Notes under the pieces: generated by a model | The model's database searches: none | What the model was told of the DNA's origin: nothing | The model's input: the letters and a program-made list of their open reading frames with translations, nothing else | Program-made: the position numbers and the translations under genes | Part shown: piece after piece, positions 1 through 8,360 of the stretch | How positions within the stretch are numbered: position 1 is the stretch's first letter | Layout: each line of letters starts with the position of its first letter | Assembly (NCBI GenBank): GCA_046731655.1 | Contig: JBKPLM010000056.1 | Span: 1 to 35,625 of the forward strand | Direction of reading: 5' to 3' | DNA from: Verrucomicrobiota bacterium | Lineage (GTDB): Bacteria; Verrucomicrobiota; Verrucomicrobiia; Chthoniobacterales; UBA10450 | DNA: 35,625 bases

Positions 1-1200
1 GCGCAGAAGCCAAAAGTATCTGTACGCTGGCAGCCGCTTGATCCCAAGTATATCGGCGCGCTGACCCTGCGTGGCAGTTACACTGAAGCGTTTCACGCGC
101 CGACACCGGTCGAACTTTCGCCCGCTGGCCAACAGAGCTTCCCGCTGGTTGTGGATCCGTTTTCCACTGCTACGGAGCCGCAGGTTGAGGAACGCCAAAG
201 CGGAAACCCATTCCTGCATCCGGAAGTGGCCTATGAATGGACCTACGGGGCCGTGTACAGCCCGAAATGGCTCAAGGGTCTGACCTTGAGCGCTGATTGG
301 TGGCATATCGACATGCGCGACATCGTGGCGCTTCTCGGCGCGCAGTTTATTCTCTCGAACAGCAATCGTGCACCGTTCAATACTCTTGTAACTCGCGACC
401 CAAACACTGGTGCGGCCACGCTCATAATCGATCCCCGCTCAAACATATCCGGTGCGATTTTCGAAGGTCTCGACTACGAAGCGATCTATATCCTGGATTC
501 AACGATCTTCGGTGCCGGAGATTGGGGACGACTGACCACGACGGTCAACGGCACGTGGCTCTCACGGGCTGAGCTTCAACCGGCTCCGGGCACGAAAATG
601 TTCGGTATCGCCGGCGAATTCTTACCGACGTCATTCACTTTGACCAGTTCGCTGCCGAGAAATCGGGCCAACTTCAGTATCTTCTATGACGGCCCGGCTG
701 ACACATGGTTGGGCGGTCTGGATGTTGGAGCAGTTGTGCACTGGATCGGCCAGTATGAAGATGACAATATCGATCTAGTCGGAACTTACGACGGTGGAAC
801 GCCCAAGCCGCAAACGCCGAGAACTGACCCTGTAACCGGTGAGGATGGTGCACATGCGAGGAAAGTGGAAACCTGGGTCACGCTCGACCTGATCCTAAAT
901 TATACGTTTAACTTCCCGGCGCCCGCGCCGGCCGAGGTGCCTGGCTTTGCCAAGGATGGCGGCAAAAACGTGAAGATGAAGGATGGCAAGGAAAAGAATG
1001 TCATACCGGTGTCCACGGCTGAGTACGGCTGCAGCAACTGGAAATGGTGGCTCAACAACACCACGGTTACGCTTGGTATGCAGAACGTGACCGACGAAGA
1101 TCCACCATTCGTGGCCGGTAACTTCGAGAACGGCTACGATGAGTCGCTGACCACGATCAAAGGCCGGTTCTGGTACGTCGGGCTGAAGAAGCGCTTCTAA
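1..1200 (+). CDS. TonB-dependent outer-membrane receptor, C-terminal part (5' end outside window)
   Basis: Frame 1 is open from nt 1; the listed ORF 151..1200 only marks the first GTG. The translation contains ...LTLRGSYTEAFHAPTPVEL... and ends ...TIKGRFWYVGLKKRF-stop. The alternating beta-strand pattern and terminal Phe are typical of the last strand of TonB-dependent receptors. Confidence 0.85.
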   Translation, partial: AQKPKVSVRWQPLDPKYIGALTLRGSYTEAFHAPTPVELSPAGQQSFPLVVDPFSTATEPQVEERQSGNPFLHPEVAYEWTYGAVYSPKWLKGLTLSADWWHIDMRDIVALLGAQFILSNSNRAPFNTLVTRDPNTGAATLIIDPRSNISGAIFEGLDYEAIYILDSTIFGAGDWGRLTTTVNGTWLSRAELQPAPGTKMFGIAGEFLPTSFTLTSSLPRNRANFSIFYDGPADTWLGGLDVGAVVHWIGQYEDDNIDLVGTYDGGTPKPQTPRTDPVTGEDGAHARKVETWVTLDLILNYTFNFPAPAPAEVPGFAKDGGKNVKMKDGKEKNVIPVSTAEYGCSNWKWWLNNTTVTLGMQNVTDEDPPFVAGNFENGYDESLTTIKGRFWYVGLKKRF

Positions 1201-1224
1201 AAATCAGCTAGTACAAAATTCACA

Positions 1225-1260
1225 GCGGCCGGGCTCCTTATGGGCCCGGCCGTTTGCTTT
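1225..1260 (+). terminator. Rho-independent terminator-like hairpin after the receptor gene
   Basis: cggccgggc (1226-1234) pairs with gcccggccg (1244-1252) around a 9-nt loop and is followed by tttgcttt. It starts about 25 nt after the TAA stop. Confidence 0.65.
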
Positions 1261-1539
1261 GGCGCCTTTTGTCATATCAAACGGCATTTGGGACGTCTTT
1301 CGAGGACTAACTGCCGATCCACATTAGACAATGACAGCTTTGTGAACCCATGTTGCTACGACGCGAGCTACTCAATTCCCTCAATGGGAACAACATTGAA
1401 TTTCTGGAGCAGCGCCGCGAGTCATGTTTTTGCCTCGCACACCTTTAGTTCCAGCTCCTCGCCTCACGGAAAAGTGACGTCGAAGAGTTGATTATTCATT
1501 CCGCGATTGCGTCAATACAAGCAGGGAAATGCAGGGCGT

Positions 1540-3753
1540 TTACTCGCTCGCGTCGCGCAGCGGAAGGTTACGCCGGTAACGATCGATATTAGATTCGAGT
1601 AGGTTTGCGATCGCAGCGTTTCCCTGTTTTGTGGCTAGCGCTGAGCCACGCTGCGCTGTCTCAATCGCCTTACCGAATTGCCCATTCTCGGCATACGCTG
1701 CAGCCAGCAACCGATAAATTTTGGGATCTTGGTCCCCTGAAAGTTCCAGTGCCCGCTCGCCTAGAGCAACCGCTTTTGCCCCGCTGCGAATGGCGTCGTC
1801 GGGAAACGTGGCGAACACCCACACGAGGTTGCAGTAAGCGCTCAGATTGTGTGGCTGTAGCTCCAGAGTCTTTTGCCATTGGCCGATTGCTTCGTCGATG
1901 CGCCCCTTTTGCGACAACGCAATGCCAAGGTCGTTGTGGGCTTCTGCACTCGCCGAATTGATTTGTAATTCCTTTTCTAAATGGGCAATTGCTTGATCGA
2001 ATTCGCCTTGTCGCAGGAAAACTGTTGCCAGGTTGTAATGAGCTTTGGGACGCCGCGGATCCAGTTGGATGGCTTTTTGGAAGCAAGTGACTGCGTCATC
2101 AAATGCTCCTTTCCGTTCAAAGACGGTGCCTAGGTTATTCTCGGCTTCTACGAACTCCGGCTGAACCTGTAATTCCTTCCGGAACTCTGCGATCGCCTCA
2201 TCGAGCTGGCCACTGTCCGAAAGTAATGTTGCGAGGTTGTAGTGCACCCGTGGACGGACTGGGCTTGTCTCGATAACCTTCCGGAATTCAATGAGCGCCT
2301 CGGTTTTTTGGCCTGTGCCCAAAAGCGCAAGTCCGAGATTGTTATGGGCATCCGCACTGTGGGGCCGGACTTCCAGGGCCTTGCGAGCGTGAAAGACTGC
2401 TTCCTCAAAACGATTTTGCCTCAGGGCGAGATTGCAAAGGCCGTTATGCGCTGTGTCGTTCTGTGGATTGACGTCGAGGGCGTGTGTCCAGAGCGTACGG
2501 CTATCATGCCAGTAGCTTGTTTGTTTCCAGGCAGACCACATCAAGATCACGATTGATGAGACCATTGCCGTGCCGAGGAGAACGCGTTGATTGCGCCCCG
2601 AGGATACAATGTCGGCAACGAACCAAGTCCCGAGAACATACAGACCGATCTGCGGTAAGTAAGTGTAGCGATCTGCATGAGCCTGCGTGCCGACCTGAAC
2701 GATCCCACTCACGGGCACCAGCATTCCCAAAAACCAAAACCAGCCGGTTAGAAAATAAGGATGTTTCCGTCTGTAGACGAAGGAGGCAATGGTGATTGCG
2801 AGGAGCAATAGCGCTGCCATCGAGACTTGAACGAGAGAAAGGCTGTGCCTTGGATGAGGGTAAAAGACGGACAACCCAAATGGCCAGACTAGTTGTCGCA
2901 GGTAAACGAGAATTGCCACGGCAGCATTACCAAGCCGCTCTGCTAATGACAGCTTGTCGATAGGATCGATAAAGTGACGCTGCGCGAGAACAGTTGCCAA
3001 GCATGAAGCAAACGAAAGAAACAGCAGCGGAATTTTTTCGAGGAAGATTCGTCGGAAATCCACGCGGCCTCCAGTTCTGCGCCGATGGCCCGATTTGCCT
3101 GGAGTCTCTGACGCAAATCGCTTTAAGGGCCAGTAGTCCAGTAATAGCAATACGAACGGAACCGTCACCAAAATCGGTTTTGACATGAGGCCGAACGTTA
3201 AAAAGAGGAGAACAAAGAGGTAGGATGTAAGCGACAGCGTCCGGATGTATCGAGTGTAGGCGCCGAGGGTCAGCATGAAAAATACGGCGCTCAGTACGTC
3301 CTTCCGTTCGGAGATCCAAGCTACCGATTCAACGTGCAATGGATGAATTGCGAACAGCACGGCAACAAAAGCGCTTCGCCACAAAGTCCCTGTCATTTGT
3401 CGCAGCACGAGAAACAGCAGGATGACAGCGATGGTGTGCAAAAGAACGTTGGTGAAGTGATGCCCTGCCGGCTTCAGTCCGTACACCTGGCAATCCAGCA
3501 TGTGCGAAATGACTGTCAGAGGATGCCAGTTGGCACAAACAGTGTGTGTGAATGCCCAACCTATGTTTTGCAGCGAAAGGCCCGCCCCTACTTTCGCATT
3601 ATCGTAAACATAGAGTTCGTCGTCGTAGTTGACGAAATCGTGCGCAAGCGTCTGACCGAAAATCAACCACGTCATCGCGGCAAGGACAGCACATATCCCG
3701 AAGACTACTCCGCGTTTTGGAGCCATTGTCCGGATAGAGGCGTGTTTTGCCAT
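1540..3753 (-). CDS. TMTC-like GT-C membrane glycosyltransferase homolog with C-terminal TPR domain (paralog A1)
   Basis: The ORF is open up to a GTG at 3786. I prefer the ATG at 3753 (MAKHASIRT...) by alignment of N-termini with paralogs A2 and A3. It has a polytopic N-terminal domain of about 430 aa. The first-loop acidic motif is FVNYDDELYVYDN, followed by NWHPLT..SHMLDCQVYGL and HPLHVESVAWISERKDVLSAVFF (DUF1736/TMTC-type). About 7 TPR units follow, then the shared C-terminal cap ...LLAAAYAENGQFGKAIETAQ.... Confidence 0.8.
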   Translation of the reverse strand: MAKHASIRTMAPKRGVVFGICAVLAAMTWLIFGQTLAHDFVNYDDELYVYDNAKVGAGLSLQNIGWAFTHTVCANWHPLTVISHMLDCQVYGLKPAGHHFTNVLLHTIAVILLFLVLRQMTGTLWRSAFVAVLFAIHPLHVESVAWISERKDVLSAVFFMLTLGAYTRYIRTLSLTSYLFVLLFLTFGLMSKPILVTVPFVLLLLDYWPLKRFASETPGKSGHRRRTGGRVDFRRIFLEKIPLLFLSFASCLATVLAQRHFIDPIDKLSLAERLGNAAVAILVYLRQLVWPFGLSVFYPHPRHSLSLVQVSMAALLLLAITIASFVYRRKHPYFLTGWFWFLGMLVPVSGIVQVGTQAHADRYTYLPQIGLYVLGTWFVADIVSSGRNQRVLLGTAMVSSIVILMWSAWKQTSYWHDSRTLWTHALDVNPQNDTAHNGLCNLALRQNRFEEAVFHARKALEVRPHSADAHNNLGLALLGTGQKTEALIEFRKVIETSPVRPRVHYNLATLLSDSGQLDEAIAEFRKELQVQPEFVEAENNLGTVFERKGAFDDAVTCFQKAIQLDPRRPKAHYNLATVFLRQGEFDQAIAHLEKELQINSASAEAHNDLGIALSQKGRIDEAIGQWQKTLELQPHNLSAYCNLVWVFATFPDDAIRSGAKAVALGERALELSGDQDPKIYRLLAAAYAENGQFGKAIETAQRGSALATKQGNAAIANLLESNIDRYRRNLPLRDASE

Positions 3754-3780
3754 TCCTAAAGACTGGATCGAGGAGAGTAA

Positions 3781-3853
3781 AACCACGAATGGACACGAAT
3801 AAACACGAATTTTTCTTCTCTCTATTCGTGTGCATTAGTGTTCATTAGTGGTT
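3781..3853. repeat. Inverted pair of 3x10-bp tandem arrays (CACGAAT decamers) filling the divergent A1/B1 intergenic region
   Basis: Left arm: aaccacgaat/ggacacgaat/aaacacgaat (3781-3810). Spacer: ttttcttctctct (3811-3823). Right arm: attcgtgtgc/attagtgttc/attagtggtt (3824-3853). The arms are reverse complements at 25/30 positions. Confidence 0.85.
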
Positions 3854-6214
3854 AGATCTTTCCGGCAGCGAGACTGGCTTTGGGGCTTTGTTTTGATTGG
3901 TCTCGTTTGCGTGGCATACGCTCGAGTTTTTAATGCGGACTTCATTTGGGATGACGAATCACATCTGACTCGCAATCCCTGCGTCGTTGGTCCTCTGGGA
4001 TTGAAAGAAATTTGGACTAGCGCGCGAGCCGTCTATTACCCGTTAGTGCTGACGACTTTTTGGATCGTACACAAGTTCGTCGGCCTGGCGCCCTGGCCAT
4101 ACCATCTTTTGAATGTGCTTTTGCACGCTGGATCGGCTGTCTTGCTCTGGCAGATCTTGCGACAACTAAATGTCCGCGGCGCGTGGCTCGGAGCGGCGCT
4201 ATGGGCTTTGCATCCGGTGATGGTCCAATCAGTCGCCTGGGTAACTGAGCTGAAAAATACGCAATCGGGCTTCTTTTATCTCGTGTCGATCTTCTGCTTT
4301 TTGAAACGGGATAAGGAAACCGCGGATTGCGCGGATGACACGGATAGTTCGGAACAAAGCTCGCCAGACGAACTGACGAAATCGCCGATTCGCCGATTCG
4401 CCGATTCGCCGATTCTGTGGTTGGGCCTTTCTTTACTCTTTTTCATCCTTGCGACCCTTAGCAAGCCTTCCGTGGTCATGTTGCCTATGGTCCTTGCCCT
4501 GTGTATCTGGTGGAGAACGGGTCGGATCCGTTGGCGTGATGTTGCAGTGCTTGCGCCGTTTGTCATAATTTCCGCACTCGCGAGCGTCTGGACGATTTTG
4601 GAACAGAAGTTTCACGCTGGCGCGCTTGGCGCTGAGTGGGCGCAGACCTGGCCGGAACGGGTTATCATCGCGGGGCGCGCGATATGGTTTTATTTGGCGA
4701 AGCTGATATGGCCGCATCCGCTAATCTTCATCTATCCGCGGTGGGAGATCGATTCTTCTCAACTAATCCCCTATTTGCCGCTCCTCGCGGCATTAGCTGG
4801 ATTACTTGTCCTGTGGTTGAACCACGCGAAATGGAGTCGTGCCGTATTGTTTGCCGCCGCATACCATGTGGTTTCCCTGTTCCCTGTGCTTGGATTTTTC
4901 AGCGTCTATTTCTTTCGCTACTCATTTGTGAGCGATCATTTTCAATATCTGGCGAGCATGGGGCCGCTGGCATTAGCCGGCGCGGGCATCGTAACTGCTG
5001 TAGGGCGTTTGACTCGTTCGCTCCCGCTCGCTCGCCTTGGCGAGCCGCCCGTCCATGTCGCTCGCGTCCCCGCGGCTCAATTCGGTGAACTCCGAAAGTT
5101 TTCGCGGCCTGACACAGGCGCCCCACAATTTTCCGGTAACATCGCCGCGGTTAGACGGAAATCGTTTCTGCTTCCGACAACATCGGGGATGCTCCTCCTG
5201 TCGCTTGTTGTTCTGACATGGCGACAAACTGCCGTTTATCACAATCTAGTGACCCTGTACACAGCGACACTGACAAGGAATCCCGGTTGCTGGATGGCGC
5301 ATTACAACTTGGGCATCGCTCTAAATGAACAGGGCGACACTGATGGAGCGATCGCCCACTATCGCCAGGCTCTTGACCTGCGGCCGAGTTATTGGGAGGC
5401 GCATTATAATCTAGGCCGGCTTCTCGTACAGAGGGGCCAGGTCGACGAAGCTGTTACTCATTACCAGGAAGCACTGGAAATAAATCCCGCCGATGCAGAA
5501 GCACACAACAATCTTGGGGCCACGCTTTTTGTGAGCGGGAGTGTAGATGAGGCCATTGCTCATTATCGGAGGGCGCTCGCAATCCAACCCGATTACGCCG
5601 ATGCCTCGTGCAATCTGGCAAGTGCGCTTCTTTTCAAAGGTGATTTAGATGGCGCCATCGCTTATTACTCAGGTTGCCTCGCGGTATCACCAAATCAGGT
5701 TGAGGCTCAGTACAACTTTGCGACCGTCTTGCTTCGAACTGGTCGGACGGACGAGGCGATGGCTCATTATCAAAAAGTCCTCGAGTTGAGCCCGGACAAT
5801 GCGGATGCTCGAGCAAATCTGGGAAGCGTGTTTCTCGCAAAAGGCCGCGTCCGAGATGCAATTGCTCAGTACAGAGATGCGCTTCGGATTGCGCCTGATA
5901 ATGTGACTGCCCAGAGTAATCTTGCATGGCTGCTCGCGACCGCTGGCGATCCGTCGCTCAGAAATGGATCAGAGGCTGTCCTCTTGGCCGAACGGGCAGA
6001 ATCCGAGAGCTCTCGGAGCGAAAATCGCGCAATTGTTCTACGCACCCTGGCTGCAGCATACGCTGAGACTGGCCGCTTTGTTGATGCCAAGAAAACTGCC
6101 GAACAAGCATTGCAAGCCGCAGAGATCCAGGGAAACTCCACTTTGTCCAGCGCTCTCCGGGCAGAAATCTCGCTTTACGACCTTGGTTTACCGTATCATA
6201 AGGAGGCGAGATGA
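3848..6214 (+). CDS. TMTC-like GT-C membrane glycosyltransferase homolog with C-terminal TPR domain (paralog B1)
   Basis: GTG start at 3848; the N-terminus aligns with paralog B2. The first-loop motif is FIWDDESHLTRN, followed by YYPLVLTTFW and HPVMVQSVAWVTELKNTQSGFFY. About 10 TPR units follow (AHYNLG.../AHNNLG...), then the shared C-terminal cap NLAWLLATAGDPSLRNG...LRTLAAAYAETGRF.... It carries two insertions relative to B2 (about 4319-4415 and about 5003-5188). Confidence 0.8.
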   Translation: MVRSFRQRDWLWGFVLIGLVCVAYARVFNADFIWDDESHLTRNPCVVGPLGLKEIWTSARAVYYPLVLTTFWIVHKFVGLAPWPYHLLNVLLHAGSAVLLWQILRQLNVRGAWLGAALWALHPVMVQSVAWVTELKNTQSGFFYLVSIFCFLKRDKETADCADDTDSSEQSSPDELTKSPIRRFADSPILWLGLSLLFFILATLSKPSVVMLPMVLALCIWWRTGRIRWRDVAVLAPFVIISALASVWTILEQKFHAGALGAEWAQTWPERVIIAGRAIWFYLAKLIWPHPLIFIYPRWEIDSSQLIPYLPLLAALAGLLVLWLNHAKWSRAVLFAAAYHVVSLFPVLGFFSVYFFRYSFVSDHFQYLASMGPLALAGAGIVTAVGRLTRSLPLARLGEPPVHVARVPAAQFGELRKFSRPDTGAPQFSGNIAAVRRKSFLLPTTSGMLLLSLVVLTWRQTAVYHNLVTLYTATLTRNPGCWMAHYNLGIALNEQGDTDGAIAHYRQALDLRPSYWEAHYNLGRLLVQRGQVDEAVTHYQEALEINPADAEAHNNLGATLFVSGSVDEAIAHYRRALAIQPDYADASCNLASALLFKGDLDGAIAYYSGCLAVSPNQVEAQYNFATVLLRTGRTDEAMAHYQKVLELSPDNADARANLGSVFLAKGRVRDAIAQYRDALRIAPDNVTAQSNLAWLLATAGDPSLRNGSEAVLLAERAESESSRSENRAIVLRTLAAAYAETGRFVDAKKTAEQALQAAEIQGNSTLSSALRAEISLYDLGLPYHKEAR
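4319..4415 (+). repeat. Intragenic structured repeat: 3x9-bp (..CGGAT) units, a 6-bp-stem palindrome, and 4 tandem copies of the octamer TCGCCGAT
   Basis: The cggat-ending 9-mers end at 4327, 4336 and 4345. agttcg (4346-4351) pairs with cgaact (4369-4374). tcgccgat x4 occupies 4382-4413, followed by a partial tc. The region encodes ADCADDTDS...SPIRRFADSPI, a loop that is absent from paralog B2. Confidence 0.85.
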
Positions 6215-6260
6215 CCTCACGTTCCCGAATTCTTTATCGCGACCCGTACAACGCTGTGAG

Positions 6261-8360
6261 TTAATCGCCGGGAGATGTTCGTCGAAGCGGAACCTGCTGG
6301 CGATAGAGCAAACCGTCTTGTTCGAGAAGATCCGCCAGACCGGTTTTGCCCTGCACGCTGGCAATGGCTACGCCTTGTTGTATCACCGCACTGGCGTTAG
6401 AGAAACGGCCGGTTTCTGCATAAGCGGCCGCGAGCGTCCGAAAAAAGAGGGGTTCTCTGCCGCCTGAGAGGGATACCGCTTGCTGCGCTAGTTCGACCGC
6501 CTTTGCGCCGTCCCGGATCGAGGCGTCAATTGACGTTGCCAGGACCCAGGCAAGATTGCTACGAGAGTGCGGATCTTCGGGCGCTAACGCCATTGCTTTG
6601 TTGTAGTGGGCGATTGCCTCCTTCAGAGCACCTTTGCGCAGAAAGGCGTTACCAAGCCCGGTATAAGCATTCGCGTCGTTGGGCTGTATTTGAAGATCCT
6701 TCTCCCAGTCAGTGATTGCTTCGTCGATCCTGCCCTTTGCATAAAGAGCGTTTCCGCGATTGTAATAGGCTTCTGCGTAATCGGGTTGCAGGTTTATCGC
6801 CTGTTCGAAGTGGGCCATCGCTTCATCGAGTTGCCCTTTTCTCGCCAGAGCGTCTCCGATATTCATTTCTACAAAAGCGGTACCCATTTTATAATGAGGA
6901 TGTAACTTGCCAGACCTGATTTTCGACGCGGCCTCAAAATGCGACATCGCTTTGTCCAGTTCACCGCGGTCGACGCAGAGGTAGCCGAGATTATTGTGGG
7001 CGAAATCGTTGTCGGTGGTGACGGCGAGAGCACGCGTCCAAAGCGTCTCGCTGTTTCGCCAGTACGACGTTTGAGTGAAGGCCGTGCATGCCAGGGCAGC
7101 GACGATCACTACGGTGCCCGCGATAGCTACACCACGCCATAATCTGACCTGGCCCACTGCTGCTACGTCGCCAGTAATCCAAGCTGCAATCAGGAACAAA
7201 CCGATAGAAGGAAGGTAGCTATAACGGTCGGCATGGCCTTGTTCACCAACCTGAACAAGCCCAATCACGGGAACCAGCATAACAAGGTACCAGAACCAAC
7301 CGGTAAACAGATAAGGTCGCTTATCTCGCCAAACTACTGCCGCACAAGTGATGGCGAGGAGGAATGCAATCGCGAGAATAACCTGCCAAGTTCCCAAAGT
7401 ATCATTTGGATGAGGATAAAAAACAGCGAGACGCGTTGGCCACAACATTTTCCAGGCGTAAATGACGTAACTCATGACTGCATTCTCCGCCCGCCAGAGA
7501 AACGGCAGCGGAGGGAGCGCGCCAACGGCGCGTTTTTGAAGCACAAATGTAACGATCCCGGCGGCGGTGGAAAGAATGAACAAGGGAATCTTTTCCAGAA
7601 AAAGCCGCCGTATGATGCGCCTTTGGCTGTCTGACTGCAGGACTTTCGTCTTCCCTTTTGGGGAGGCGATTTTCTCAAAACGACGGAGCGGCCAGTAATC
7701 CAAAACGAGAAGGATAACCGGGGCGGTTACCAGCATGGGCTTGGACATAAGTCCTGCCACGAACAGGGCAGTCACCACGACATAGCGCGTTATTGATGGC
7801 GCCCGTGCATATCGAACGTATGCGTCCAACATGAGGAAAAAGAAAACTGCGCTCAGAACGTCTTTTCGCTCGCTCACCCATGCGACCGACTCGACGTGCA
7901 GCGGGTGAACGGCAAATAGTGCAGCGACAATGGCACTCTTCCAAAGCGCGCCGGTCATTTGCTGCAGCACACGAAACAGCAGAAGTGCTGCAATGGTGTG
8001 CAACACGACGTTCGTAGCATGGTGACCGCCAGCGTTTAAACCGTATAGCCCACAGTCCAACATATGTGACAGGGTTGTTAACGGATGCCAGTTGCCAGCA
8101 TGCGGGCTCGTAAAGGCGGCTGCTATCCCTTTTAGCGTCGGCCCGGTCCGAATGGCCGGGGCGTTGTAGACGTACATATCGTCGTCGAAATTGACGAAGT
8201 TGTAATGAATTGTCTGACCGAAGACGGCCAGACTAAGCGCGGTAAGGAGCAGGCATATGCCGCCAGTTGTGACACGTCTGTGAACGTCCCGTGGTACTTC
8301 ACGTGGTCCGTGATTCCGTTGTCGCTTCCTTTTATTCGCTGTTGGGTGACGAGCTGGCAT
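6261..8360 (-). CDS. TMTC-like GT-C membrane glycosyltransferase homolog with C-terminal TPR domain (paralog A2)
   Basis: ATG at 8360, overlapping the stop of A3 by 29 nt. Motifs: FVNFDDDMYVYN, NWHPLTTLSHMLDCGLYGL, HPLHVESVAWVSERKDVLSAVFF. TPR units follow, then the cap NLAWVLATSIDASIRDG...FRTLAAAYAETGRF.... Confidence 0.8.
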   Translation of the reverse strand: MPARHPTANKRKRQRNHGPREVPRDVHRRVTTGGICLLLTALSLAVFGQTIHYNFVNFDDDMYVYNAPAIRTGPTLKGIAAAFTSPHAGNWHPLTTLSHMLDCGLYGLNAGGHHATNVVLHTIAALLLFRVLQQMTGALWKSAIVAALFAVHPLHVESVAWVSERKDVLSAVFFFLMLDAYVRYARAPSITRYVVVTALFVAGLMSKPMLVTAPVILLVLDYWPLRRFEKIASPKGKTKVLQSDSQRRIIRRLFLEKIPLFILSTAAGIVTFVLQKRAVGALPPLPFLWRAENAVMSYVIYAWKMLWPTRLAVFYPHPNDTLGTWQVILAIAFLLAITCAAVVWRDKRPYLFTGWFWYLVMLVPVIGLVQVGEQGHADRYSYLPSIGLFLIAAWITGDVAAVGQVRLWRGVAIAGTVVIVAALACTAFTQTSYWRNSETLWTRALAVTTDNDFAHNNLGYLCVDRGELDKAMSHFEAASKIRSGKLHPHYKMGTAFVEMNIGDALARKGQLDEAMAHFEQAINLQPDYAEAYYNRGNALYAKGRIDEAITDWEKDLQIQPNDANAYTGLGNAFLRKGALKEAIAHYNKAMALAPEDPHSRSNLAWVLATSIDASIRDGAKAVELAQQAVSLSGGREPLFFRTLAAAYAETGRFSNASAVIQQGVAIASVQGKTGLADLLEQDGLLYRQQVPLRRTSPGD

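Noticed and set aside
1240-1491. An 83-aa plus-strand ORF in the 340-bp gap between the receptor gene and paralog A1.
   Set aside because: It starts inside the terminator hairpin of the upstream gene. Its composition is Ser/Cys-rich with no motif, and no ribosome-binding context is visible. It is probably non-coding spacer.
1272-1499. A minus-strand frame reading MNNQLFDVTFP*GEELELKVCEAKT*LAALLQKFNVVPIEGIE*LAS*QHGFTKLSLSNVDRQLVLE.... It vaguely recalls the C-terminal half of a PIN/VapC toxin (..IAA.A..HG..L.T.N..DF) as a decayed pseudogene.
   Set aside because: It has only 76 codons and three internal stops. The spacing between the putative acidic residue and the HG motif does not fit PIN domains. 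The resemblance is too weak to support without a profile search.
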